Source: Plasmodiophora brassicae (Eukaryota). Taken from it: a stretch of DNA of 64,000 bases. A model generated the notes under the pieces. That model saw only the letters and a list, made by a program, of their open reading frames with translations, searched no databases and was not told where the DNA came from. The position numbers and the translations under genes were made by a program. Location of the stretch: positions 806,001 through 870,000 of the forward strand of contig CP145409.1 of NCBI GenBank assembly GCA_036867785.1, written 5' to 3'. This document shows positions 34,832 through 45,389 of the stretch, piece by piece; positions within the stretch are counted from its first letter, which is position 1; each line of letters begins with the position of its first letter.

Positions 34832-35353
34832 TCACAGCTCGCTGCTGTCGTCGACGTCGTCGTCTTCATCATCAGCCTCGTCGTCGGTGGCGAACTCGTC
34901 CTGTTCGCCATGCATGTCGTCGGCTGCGCCAGGATCAACGCCGAGCAACGAAGCAACGGCCTTGTGCTGAAGGAAATCGGTCAAGGCCGTCATGACTGCC
35001 GGCGGCATCTTGTCGCTGAGGAGGGTATCGAGGAACTGTTTCTGGGCGTCCGGGCTGGGATCCAGGGCCATGCCCGCGATCCCGCTCACGTGCTTCATCA
35101 CGTCATCAGCGGTCAGCGCGTCGATCTTGGAGTTCAGGTCGTCGTCGGCCTGGGCCCCACCCAACATGTGGAGAATCCCCTTCTTGATATCAGCGGGACT
35201 CCTCTGATCCCGGAACATCTGTACGACTTCGGCGACCTTGCCCGTGAAAAACGGCTTGCCCGATTCGAGCTCATCGTCGACAACAGCATCAGAGAAGGCC
35301 ACGGGCGCCGACACGAACAACAGGGCAATGAACGCAACGGGGAACGAAGGCAT
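34832..35353 (-). CDS. Small signal-peptide protein with an acidic tail ending SSEL
   Basis: MPSFPVAFIALLFVSAPVAFS leader; intronless; C-terminus DDEDDDVDDSSEL. Confidence 0.8.
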   Translation of the reverse strand: MPSFPVAFIALLFVSAPVAFSDAVVDDELESGKPFFTGKVAEVVQMFRDQRSPADIKKGILHMLGGAQADDDLNSKIDALTADDVMKHVSGIAGMALDPSPDAQKQFLDTLLSDKMPPAVMTALTDFLQHKAVASLLGVDPGAADDMHGEQDEFATDDEADDEDDDVDDSSEL

Positions 35354-35568
35354 GACTGTCGCAGCGCCGATTCGCAAATGGAACGCGATAGGCAACCGGT
35401 TCCGATCGGTACAGCGCTTGCCGGAAGCAACGATCGTGACTCACGGCGTATGCAGTATGCTAGTTCGGAAAGGCCGCAGGCGCCGCCCGGCATTCCGGCA
35501 GTCCACGTAGGCAAAACTATAAATAAATCGGCTGACGTGCAATCGTAATCACTAATCAGCACTGGGCT

Positions 35569-36336
35569 CTATTTGGCGATCGTCTTCTTCGGTTTCTTCG
35601 ACGACGATCCGCGTTTCTTCGACGCTGGTACTCTTCCCGGAGCGCCAACGGTCTTCTGGAACGCAGGCGTCATCTTGAGCACGCCGTCATCGATCAGGGA
35701 TTTCAGGTGCGCAATCGCCGCCGACCTCTTGCAGTTCACACACTGTATCCAGGTCAGCAACTGGGAAGCCAGGCGCAACCAGGCCATTCACCCACCTGCA
35801 TGATCTTGCTAATCTGGCCATCGAATTGGTTATAATACCTCTGCAGGTCATTGGAATCCTGGAGGCAGCGACGTTGAGCGATTGGGCTGGATCATCAAGG
35901 CAAACAATGCACCTGTCCGCTGATATTCGTACGTGCCTCTTTGACTGCCGACGCAATTTCATCCATATCGAGCGGTTTCGCCTTCTCGAACAGGTCGCGA
36001 CATACTTGCATGATACGGTCCTCGTCCGAGCTCGCATCGACCTGCAGATCGTCGGCATCGAAACCTTCACCGTCTAGATCGTATCGCGCACGCGTATCGG
36101 GATCACTAAGTACTTCGAATGCCCTCGAAAGCTCCTGCACTACCGTCAACATACGCGAACCCAAGGCGGTAGGTGCGCACCAGACCCACCTGAAATCTCG
36201 CAACGGCCTCTGGGCTCGGGTCCTTGTCTGGATGCACCAGCAGCGCTTTCTTGTAGTACGCTTTTCGCAGGACGTCGGCTGTCAGGTCGTCGGACTTGGA
36301 TACGCCGAGCAGGTCGTAGAACGTCGTCGCCGTCAT
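35569..36336 (-). CDS. DnaJ-domain co-chaperone (DNAJC9-like)
   Basis: FYDLLGV, LRKAYYKKALLVHPDK, FQ/ELSRAFEVLSDPDTRARYD; K-rich C-terminus; introns. Confidence 0.88.
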
Positions 36337-37132
36337 ACCTCCAGCGGACTTTCAAACTGTCGGCAGCTGGCCGATGCATTTTTGAGCAAAACTGGCCCCA
36401 TTCTGGCCCTTCATCTGGCTGATTAATATTTGTCCCCACCACAAGTCACATCGCCATGAAACGATCGCATCGAGGTTCCCCACCCTGCAATGCTGAGACG
36501 CTATGTGCGAGACGTGTTCGACCCTGCTTACGTTCGCGTGGAGGTCCGTTTGAGCGTGCTCTTCGTGCCCAGATGGTCGATGAAAGAATTGCCCAGGATA
36601 TGTTTCGGTCATGGTCATCCTTCTTCGTCCGTTTGGTGCTCTCGAGGGTCCCGAAACCTCCGCGATGTATTGTTTTCGACGTGTCTTCTTGTTTGGGCCA
36701 TCCCCTGTTACTGGACCGCGTTTGATATATATTGTAAAGCAGCAACCAGCGATCATCAGACGAAGCTGGCATCGAGGCGTAACGTCGTCCAACAAGGACT
36801 CAACCGTTTCGTCAATGACCGTGCCGCACGGTAACCCCTTTCGCAACGTTGAAAGGAAGTTTCAGACGGCATTGTCGTTGAGGAAACAGTTGAGGTCGTC
36901 GTCTGGCCAGTGCTCAGGGTCCACATGGTGGCGATAACGGCATTCAAGTTGTCAGCGTCCCGTGGATCGATCCAGGCCGACGCGCGTTAATCGACTTCGA
37001 TACCGAGATTACCACGAAGTACAATGACAGGTCGTCACAGCCCGTCATCGATTAGGAAGATCCGGTCGGCGTCATAATTAACGTCGACTGGACGGCTGGT
37101 GGCGTTGTATCTAGATCGGCAGGCGCCACCAG

Positions 37133-38380
37133 ATGGCCCCCGATCTGCTATCCCTGGACATCATCATGTCGTTCGTGACCGCCGAGGAGCGCGCCGTCCT
37201 CGCCACCGTTAGCCGTCGCTTCAACGTAGCCGCACGACGTGCCCTTCAGGTGACCCGTCTCGCGGCCGCGTCCCTGGCTATAGAACGGACCATGGGCGTC
37301 CCGGGCGCGTCCCCGTTCGGGTTCGGCCTAGTCCAGACCAGCATCTGTGTCGTCTACCGTAAACACAAGTCATGGTTCCGAGCCGACACAGGCAACGAGA
37401 CACGTCGGGACACGTTCCGCGCCTACCCTTTGCACGTGCGGTCGGTCGGCCTGGGGCGCGATGCCCGATGCCTGACCGTCATGTTCGACGAGACGCAAGG
37501 CGAAGCTCTCGTTCGCGATGCGGCAACAGGTACCACAGTCCAGAGGTTCCGCCTGCGAGAGGTCCCCGGGCTCTGCTGGCCGATCTCGCTGTCCCCATGC
37601 GGACGATGGCTCGCGTTCCCATTCAGAAAGTCCTTCGTCAACATCGGATGTCTGTCCAGCGGGCGTATCACCGGTCTGCCATCTCCACCTGATTTCCTAC
37701 CACGAGCGGCCGGGTTCTCGTTCGACGGGAACAAGGTCGTCATTGGGGGCACCCTTTTCGGCACGAGCAAGAAGCTGATCCTGCTCAACGAATATGACGT
37801 GCACACGCATCGGATGCTGACCAGTATGGAGATCAGAGGGCATCAAATCCCTCAACGGGAGGGTTTCATCGAGTTCTCCCCGACGGGTCGCCTGGTGCTC
37901 TTGCCGACGCGCAAGTCCATCGCCATGATCAACCTGGCCACGAAGCGCATCGTCCACCATCTCATGACCAGGTCGGCGGAATCGCCCGACGTCAAGGACA
38001 ACGTCCACCTGCTTAAATCGTTCGACAACCAGTTCGCGACGTTCTCGGCGGATGGGTCCTGGATCGTGACGACGAGGGAGAAACGAGGCTGGCTACAGAT
38101 CTGGGACACGGCCACCGGCATCGAGCTGGTTGCTATCGACGGAGGCCACTACTGGGCCTGGCCGTTGCCTCGAGGCGGGCTGCTGACCAGCTTGCGATGC
38201 GCAAACGGGTGGCAGATGGCGGTGATCGGCGTGCAACGAGGCGGACGACGTGGCGTCAAGAGAAGGATCGGCGGCGCTGATGAACCAGTCCCGACTGTAC
38301 GACGATGCCTCTGCGACGCGAACGCACCGACCAGCTCATTGGCCATCAGGAATCAACCGACCGCAACTGAGGAGCAATGA
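37133..38380 (+). CDS. F-box-like plus WD40/beta-propeller protein
   Basis: N-terminal IIMSFVTAEERAVLATVSRRF (F-box-like); repeats LSPCGRWLA, FSFDGNKVV, FSPTGRLV, FSADGSWIV..LQIWDTATG; intronless. Confidence 0.72.
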   Translation: MAPDLLSLDIIMSFVTAEERAVLATVSRRFNVAARRALQVTRLAAASLAIERTMGVPGASPFGFGLVQTSICVVYRKHKSWFRADTGNETRRDTFRAYPLHVRSVGLGRDARCLTVMFDETQGEALVRDAATGTTVQRFRLREVPGLCWPISLSPCGRWLAFPFRKSFVNIGCLSSGRITGLPSPPDFLPRAAGFSFDGNKVVIGGTLFGTSKKLILLNEYDVHTHRMLTSMEIRGHQIPQREGFIEFSPTGRLVLLPTRKSIAMINLATKRIVHHLMTRSAESPDVKDNVHLLKSFDNQFATFSADGSWIVTTREKRGWLQIWDTATGIELVAIDGGHYWAWPLPRGGLLTSLRCANGWQMAVIGVQRGGRRGVKRRIGGADEPVPTVRRCLCDANAPTSSLAIRNQPTATEEQ

Positions 38381-38472
38381 ACTCGGCAGAACGGATTCCA
38401 GTGAAGAATATTGGAGAATTTATGGCAGCAACGTATGTGTCGGCGGTGCAGGCGGCCGTTCCATGACGGCGA

Positions 38473-40657
38473 TCAGCGAGCGAATGCGAACACCTTCTCG
38501 GTCAGAGCATCATCGCTACGCGCGATAAATTCCGAACTCAGGCTGCCATCGCTGATCAGGATATGTAGCACCTCGCCCAGGCGTTTCGGCGCGATTGGCA
38601 GGTCGTCGATGATGTCGGGCAGCGCGGCTAGTATATCGCTGATGCCATTGTCGACGTCGTCTGTGGACAGCAGCTTGTACTCCTGAAGCAAGCGTGTGAT
38701 GAGAGACGCCGCCCGGGCCCGGCCTGGCGCCTCATTCTCCTCCATGGCATGCATTAACAGTGACGAAACAACGGTCACGTTACGGAACGCGTTGTCGTCT
38801 TGCGAGAGCTCCTCCATGCATGTGAGGACTTCGGCGATGTCGTGAATGCTCAGGAACTCGCGAACCATGGAGTCGACGCCGGCCTTGATGTCGCTGTCCG
38901 GCAGGGCGGGTTTCGACGGGTCAGGTCGTGCTTCGGCCTCGCCCCACTTCTTCCCAGCAGCAGCCGCAGAGGTCGGTTTCGCCGTCTCGTACCGTTTGGC
39001 AAGGTCCTGATCGGTGACCACAGGCGAACTGAGTTGCGACGTTTGCGCGCGTGCGTATCGATCCATGTGCCGGGGCGTTCTGGTTGACGCGGGTCCAGCC
39101 GGACGCGACCCCGACGAGACGGACGCAGGCGTTGCCTGACGAGGCGTGCCGGTGCTGCTCAGCGGCGACTCGGCACTAACGGAGAGGAGCGATCGGAATT
39201 GCGCCTTCATCGGCTCCTCCTTGGCCCTGAATTCGTCAATCTTCATCGCCTCCGGCTTCTTGCGGCGGGGAACCCATCCACTGGAACGCAGTTCGAGCAC
39301 CTCCCTCACCAGGAATCGCGTCCTTGAGTCGATCTATCCACATGTCAGTAGCCGAATCAAATCACGGCGACGACCAGAGTCAACTTGCCTCGCTGTTGGA
39401 TGGGCTCATGTTTCCAATAGCGGTCAGTCGCTGGAAAATGTCACGAAGCTGGGCCTCGGGTGCCTTCTGGCCAGCGGCAGCCTTCTCCAGCGTTGCTCCG
39501 GTGACTTCGAGGAGCGTGCAGGCGGCTTCGAGATGATCGGATCGTAGGCCGGATGTCAGCTGACGCGCACAGTAGATAATGACGGACATGTTCAGCAAGC
39601 CCTTGTTGTAGAGCTCGCCGATAAACTTCATGTTCCCCAGCAAACGATGCCGCTGCTTAAGGCGGAGCGTTTCCGCCTGTGCAGAGCCGTAGGCCGGACT
39701 GGCCGTTGACGAAGGCAGCACAGCCAGATACGCTTTCTCGAATTCGCTTTGGCACATCGACAGCATAACCGACTTGAAAGTCACCTTCTTCGACTGCTCC
39801 TCGTTGTGGTCAGCTGGGATCGCCGGTAGCTTCTCAGACAGCAGGACGACGAGTCGCGGGTACATGTCGCCAAAGTTCATCTCGTCAAGCGCTTTCTCGA
39901 ACACAAGCTGGACAGCTTCGCGAAGTTCAGCGAGCGTCGGGCACCCCGTCAAAACCAGGTTGACAAATTGGGTTGACAGCTGTTCGAATTTGTCCACCGT
40001 GAGCTTGTTCAGGATACCCTAAACAGAACATGTTGTTGAGCACACGCTCACGCAGGGCAGAGCGGCGGTCGATATCGAACCTTGAGTTTCTTCAAGAGGC
40101 TCGCGAGCCCGCTGCTGGACTGGGGACGCCATCGGTTCTGTGACACCGACAGCGGTTCGTACACAGCCTGCTCGCCCAGAGAATCAAGCGATGACGGCTT
40201 GCTCTGTTGCTGCTGTTCCAACGCGTCATCCATGGACCTCGTGATCTTAATCTTCAGTTTGCCCTTCTTGTGATCGCTCTGCGCCGTCGCCTGCGACGTC
40301 GACCGCAGACCCCAGGTCAGTGAATCATCGGCGCCAAGTTCAACACAGGACACATCGGGCAGATCCTTCGGACACAGCACGAACTTTGTTCGAACTGCTA
40401 ACATTTCCTCCATGGTGTACATTTTCCGGTTCGATAGGCTTTTGAAGTATGCCCGCGCTGAAGGACACCAGAACGTTAGCGGCGAGCTCGGCTGCCCGAA
40501 CGCACATTGCAGTCGAACCAGGCGTGTGTGGCGTCGTCACGTTCGACACATTCTGCGAGCTGGATCCAGAGGATCGCGCCCGAACCTTCAGCAACGACGT
40601 CGGACGCAACGGGAATAGGTCGACGGCGGTCGACGATGCTGCAGCTGAGACGGACAT
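38473..40657 (-). CDS. Translation initiation factor eIF4G, short eIF(iso)4G-like form (MIF4G + MA3)
   Basis: GILNKLTVDKFEQL, LVFEKALDE..F..MY, LGNMKFIGELY, RTRFLVREVLELRSSGW, MA3 (EFLS..D..E; DIIDDLPIAP); YTMEEML eIF4E-site-like motif. Confidence 0.9.
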
Positions 40658-40807
40658 GGTGAGACCGCGATTGCGCGCACGGCCAATGCAAACCAATCAA
40701 TGCCTGTGGCGGCACAAAATAGTCCGCAGCGGACTCCGCGCGTTCGCGTTCCTGGGCCCCGGCCTCAAGAGTCCAGACGCTCGTGCAACCCGTCTGCTGT
40801 CGTAATG

Positions 40808-40962
40808 GCATACCCAGTACTGTAGCGGGAGACGAATCTACATTCTCTTCTGTCTACGCATCGGTCTTCGCGACATAACTGCAGCTTTCGGTCTCTGTCT
40901 GGCAATCGCGAAGAGCAATGCGTACGCGGACGAGAATGATGATTCGCCAGCAAATGGGTTGC
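40808..40962. ncRNA. Long imperfect hairpin (pre-miRNA-like or decayed foldback)
   Basis: CGAATC/GATTCG, CATTCTC/GAGAATG, TACGCAT/ATGCGTA and TCTTCGCGA/TCGCGAAGA all pair in one register (i+j=81779). Confidence 0.5.
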
Positions 40963-41226
40963 ATGAGGGTCTTCGACGCGGACACCCGTTCCTGAAATTC
41001 ATCTTGTAACAGTGTTCATAAGGTTGTAAAGGGGTCCATCTACATCGTCCACGGCAACAATGTGAAACCCTTCAAGGGTCAGTGCCAGTTGAATTCAAAA
41101 CAGGAAGCGCTCAGGCTGGTCAGTCGCCCGTTCCCGAGCACAGCCTAGGTGAACAAGGTCGCGCCGAATGATCGCGAAGCAGCGAAATGCCTTCAACGGT
41201 CGTACTGAGTCGGTATATCACGTGTT

Positions 41227-43263
41227 CTATTGATGAGTATGGATGATGTTCCGCACCATTTGGCGCATGACGCGTTTGTTCTTGAGCGTGGCGAGGTACT
41301 CCCGGCGGCCGTTGTCGTTGATGATGGCGTTCCGGGATGCGTTGCGTTTCGGGTCGATTACCTGGGACAGCTGGCGGCGTAGGGTACGAACCCTGTGGGC
41401 AAGACCGGGCTGTCTTGGACTGGTAGGTCGTGGGGCGCTCTTCGTACCGCCGGTATGGCATTTCGGGGTAGACCATGATCGACGATGGGCGAGAACGCCG
41501 AACGGCATCGAATTCGAGCGGCGAAGCCCGATCTGGACGACGGGCGATATCCTCGCGTTATTGAAGAGTACCCTTTCTGGGAAGACGCGCCATCGGTCGC
41601 CTCGAGAGACGGAAGCGTCGTCGCCGTCCCAGTCTTCGCACAACGGCCGCGGTGCACGATACGCCAGCGTAGGCGATTGACTCTCGTACTCCTCCTTCAG
41701 ACGTTGTCTACCAGCGTGGAAGGTTTCCCAGAGCGTGGCCATTTCGGCGGGGGTCGGCCCCCGACCCATGCTGGCTTTGAACGCCTCGGCCAGCTGCGCG
41801 TGGTGCACGTCGTCGAGGAACGGCCCCTGGAACAATGTCGCGCGCGTTGCCTCCATGACCAGCGCCGACTGCACCGTCCCGTTGAGCATGAACAGCACGT
41901 CGCGAAGAATGTCGTCGCGTAGCGAGCCGTTGATGATCGTCGGGCAGCCAGCGTAGAACACGCTATCCATGGCGACGAATAGGAGCTCGCTGAGGGCCAT
42001 GGGCAATTGCAGGAGAACGGAATCACGTTGCCGAGCGGCCAACGCGGCCTTCGTCTCGGGGACTGGACGACCCAGCAGGGAGTCGAGCCGCGCGACGATC
42101 GACCTCCAGGACATGGCGATCCTCCTGAACAGTTCCGATTGGGTCGAGATCGCTGACGTGCGGAAGTGGCGCGTGAACGTGAACCAGAACAGGTCGGTGA
42201 ACAGCTGCGCCACCGGGTCTGACAGCAGAACGACCGCCAGTGGCGATGATTGCTGACGTTGGCGTCCGCTTAGGAACCGTTTGGCGAGTCTGCTGAGCAG
42301 GACGGTGGGCCGGAAGTCCAGCGTTGGGGTCCCGCTCCGGAACCAGCGATGATCGCGAACGTCGCGCTTGCCGTCCATGAAGTCGTCGAACGTGTCGACC
42401 CCGATTAACGAACTACGCGCGATGACGCGAGCGCCACACACCTCGAACGGTTTCGTTGTGATCGGCGCCGTCATGTCGATTGGAATGTAGGCAATCATGA
42501 CGCCACGATATTGCAGGTCGTAGCGCAACGTCTGGATGAAGTCGAGTGCCGACATGTCCTCCAGGGCGACCGGCAGCAGAATCAGGTCGAACAGGCGACG
42601 GTCGGCAAGCGGATCGCCTTCGTCATCGATTGACGATACGATGTCGCATCGTTTCCTGCATTCGTGGATGGCCGACGGTCCTGTCGGGCAGTGCACAACG
42701 GGTTGATAAGCCCGCTCCCAACTTTGGATGAGCTCTTCGAGCAGGATGTCCTTGGGGCCGACGATCAGGCACCGGAAGTTGTCGTCGGCAGTGGCCCACC
42801 GGTTCCGATACTGTCGTGTCAGCTGGGCGCGATGCATACGCAGCTGAAGCTGGCTAGCGCTGGTTCCCCGTTCGCCGAACTCCAGCGGCTCGGTGACCTG
42901 GCCCGGGCCCGCAGTGACCAGCGACTCGTCGACGTCGCCGGCGCTGACAACGACCAGACTGTTGGCTAGTTCTGCCCTGAGACGCGCGATCGTGTCACTT
43001 GGAGTGGCCGACGAAACCGGCTCCCGGGACGTGCGCGCCACCGATGACATTGGCGTGCGAATGGGCCGTTGTGTCGCCGACCTCTGGGATGGAGCAAGAG
43101 CATCGCTGGTAGCGCCGTCGTGAGAAAGGTCGAACGATGCGATCGCGGTGAACATGTCGGCGACTTTCGCCTGCAACGACGAGACGCGGTCCATGGCTGC
43201 TTGCATGACCAGGAGGGACTGATCCTTTTCCGCCCTAGGCGGGTCGGTATCACCCGCCATCAT
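41227..43263 (-). CDS. FAM227 (FWWh-domain)-like protein with a degenerate receiver (REC)-like domain
   Basis: LFTDLFWFTF.....Q.ELF.RIA, LP.ALS...F, FNNARISPVV; upstream RCLIV...G..A......FDLILLP..L.DM.ALDFI..LR. Confidence 0.7.
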   Translation of the reverse strand: MMAGDTDPPRAEKDQSLLVMQAAMDRVSSLQAKVADMFTAIASFDLSHDGATSDALAPSQRSATQRPIRTPMSSVARTSREPVSSATPSDTIARLRAELANSLVVVSAGDVDESLVTAGPGQVTEPLEFGERGTSASQLQLRMHRAQLTRQYRNRWATADDNFRCLIVGPKDILLEELIQSWERAYQPVVHCPTGPSAIHECRKRCDIVSSIDDEGDPLADRRLFDLILLPVALEDMSALDFIQTLRYDLQYRGVMIAYIPIDMTAPITTKPFEVCGARVIARSSLIGVDTFDDFMDGKRDVRDHRWFRSGTPTLDFRPTVLLSRLAKRFLSGRQRQQSSPLAVVLLSDPVAQLFTDLFWFTFTRHFRTSAISTQSELFRRIAMSWRSIVARLDSLLGRPVPETKAALAARQRDSVLLQLPMALSELLFVAMDSVFYAGCPTIINGSLRDDILRDVLFMLNGTVQSALVMEATRATLFQGPFLDDVHHAQLAEAFKASMGRGPTPAEMATLWETFHAGRQRLKEEYESQSPTLAYRAPRPLCEDWDGDDASVSRGDRWRVFPERVLFNNARISPVVQIGLRRSNSMPFGVLAHRRSWSTPKCHTGGTKSAPRPTSPRQPGLAHRVRTLRRQLSQVIDPKRNASRNAIINDNGRREYLATLKNKRVMRQMVRNIIHTHQ

Positions 43264-43362
43264 GACGTTTGCGTCAACCCTTCGCCTACGGTACTACGGT
43301 TGTAATGGAAGTACAACCAACGATCTTGCTCTAGGTAGGCACTGGACGGGATGATTTTAGAA

Positions 43363-43988
43363 TCATGCAGAGGCTTCGGCCGGCGCGCCCATCTTCCATC
43401 CTCGAAGCGTGCCGACGAGCACGTACTTGGATTCTTTGTCGTAGAACGATTTCCACTCCTCGATCGACTGGACTTGTTCACGCGTCAACCCAGACAAGGC
43501 CAGGTCGGGCTTGAAGCATTCGTCCCTGAAGCACCCGTCTATGAACGAGCGCGACGCGTCCTTCCCGGCGAAGAAACTATGAAATCGCACGGGTCAACCT
43601 GGGTCGACACCTGGACGGCCACCACATCGCTTTACCTGTACGAACCATTGGGGCCATAATACTCTGGCGCAGCCGATACATCGTACACATGACCGAGAAT
43701 TGAAATCATAATCAGGTCACCACCATCCGAACCGGTGTACTTGGCGAGCTCGTCGCTCGTGAACTCATGCGGGATCGGCCATGGGTACCGCTGGCCTCCC
43801 GGCGTCGTCCCGACCATGACCCGCATGCCCACAAAGACGACCATCGCGATAACACCAATCGCCGTCACCGCCGAAATCAACAGTGCCTTCCAGCAGGTCT
43901 GCCGCTTCCGGCGCGGCGTTCCTTGCGGCCCCGCCCTGGCATCATCTGCCACGTCCGCCTCGCGGTGACGCTGACGCAAATCCGCCAT
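43363..43988 (-). CDS. Membrane-anchored cytochrome b5-like heme/steroid-binding protein (MAPR/neuferricin-like)
   Basis: TM anchor, FT..EL.KYTG, SILGHVYDVS...YYGP.GSY, FAGKDASRSF, W..FY....Y..VG.L; one intron. Confidence 0.9.
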
Positions 43989-44334
43989 TCTGACACTGGG
44001 CGAGGACGCACACGCGCGTACCTGGCCGGGCGACGACGGGGTGTGCTCGATCGACCGTTCTAGAATAAACTAGTCAAGTGCCGACCATGCCTTTAGCGGA
44101 CAGGGGGAGGGCACGTGCTCTACCAGTTCGAGGCTGTCAACCGGGTCGAGGAGAACGGCCTATCGACGTGATCCGCTGCTGTTGCTCCCCATTGAGGCAC
44201 CGAGCTCCGATGGCTGCTCGTTGACGACTGATTTCAACGATCGTGGGTCGGGACAATCGCTGAGCCATAATTGGCAGCAGCAGCGGTCTCTGCGGTGTGT
44301 TGAACGTCGTCATCGAGTCCTGCCTTCCCTGACC

Positions 44335-45217
44335 ATGGATCTGGAGAGGACCAAGGAGCGCACCTCGGAGGAGGTAGCATTTAGGCGATGGGCTGTAGGC
44401 GATTCGGATACTGACTAGGAGACAGGGAATGGCGAAGCCAGGAAGGCTGGTGGAGCTGTCTGTCCGAATGCCATCGATCGTTGACGTCGAAGGCATGGTC
44501 GAGATTGTCAGCCACCCGATAGCGAAGCCGTTTCACCACGTGTTCGAATCGTTGCATACCGTGGCGCTATGGAAGGAGATGTTCATCCTGGATAACGTGT
44601 TTGACTTCGATATTCCAAACAAGCTTGAAGGCGACCGCCAAAAGGGTCCGCGTGATCACGCGTCGCAGCTGGGAGGCGATCAGGCCATGCTGACTCCGGC
44701 GGGTGTCAGGGGAACCGTGTCGGAGAACGCTTCGCGGCGTACGGCCCAAGAAAACGTATCTAAAGGCGTATTCCGTTCAGCCATCGTTTACAGCAGAGCA
44801 TACGTAAGGATGCCGGCCGTGGTCGGTTACAGGCGCGCGCTTATCGTTTCAACTGTCAGGTCAGGATATGTTTCGCAAAACCATGCCGTATACACAATAT
44901 CTAGCGACGTCCAAGGCATCGGGTTCGGCATCGACCTGGACGTATCGTTTCAAATCGAAGTGGTCGGAAGAACAGGTAGCTGCGTATGCACTGTATGCGA
45001 CCGATATCTGACGTTGACGTTAGAAACTTCCAGCAGCGTCGTCGTCGCGGTCAAACCCAATGTAAAACGGGTCCCTTTTTGGGGCTTGTCCAGACTGGTC
45101 CACCAGGCTATCGTTGACGAAACGGCGGCTGTATTCGGTAACCTCCCGGTTGTCATTCTCCGAGTTCTGGAAAGCGAACCCCTTCCTGCCAGTCCGCGCC
45201 GTCAACCTGGTACCTAA
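44335..45217 (+). CDS. Hypothetical protein, possibly a VASt/StART-like lipid-binding fold
   Basis: Exon MDLERTKERTSEE spliced to the 262-aa frame; beta-rich YTISSDVQGIGFG..VSFQIEV followed by a C-terminal helix. Confidence 0.45.
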
Positions 45218-45389
45218 CGGCAACTTGGGACCACACTGCTGATCGAATAAACGTATTTCTTCCCCTGAGTGGTATAACAGGCAGACTGCGGCCGCACTTC
45301 GCTTACCTGTGTCCTCTTGTGGTTATCTAATTTCGCGTTTCCGGCCAAAAATATGGTCGACGAATCATTTTGCGTTTCCAGCGTCGCTG

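Noticed and set aside
36430-37130. Several short ORFs between DnaJ and the F-box gene
   Set aside because: No recognisable motif or consistent gene model; probably divergent promoters and UTRs
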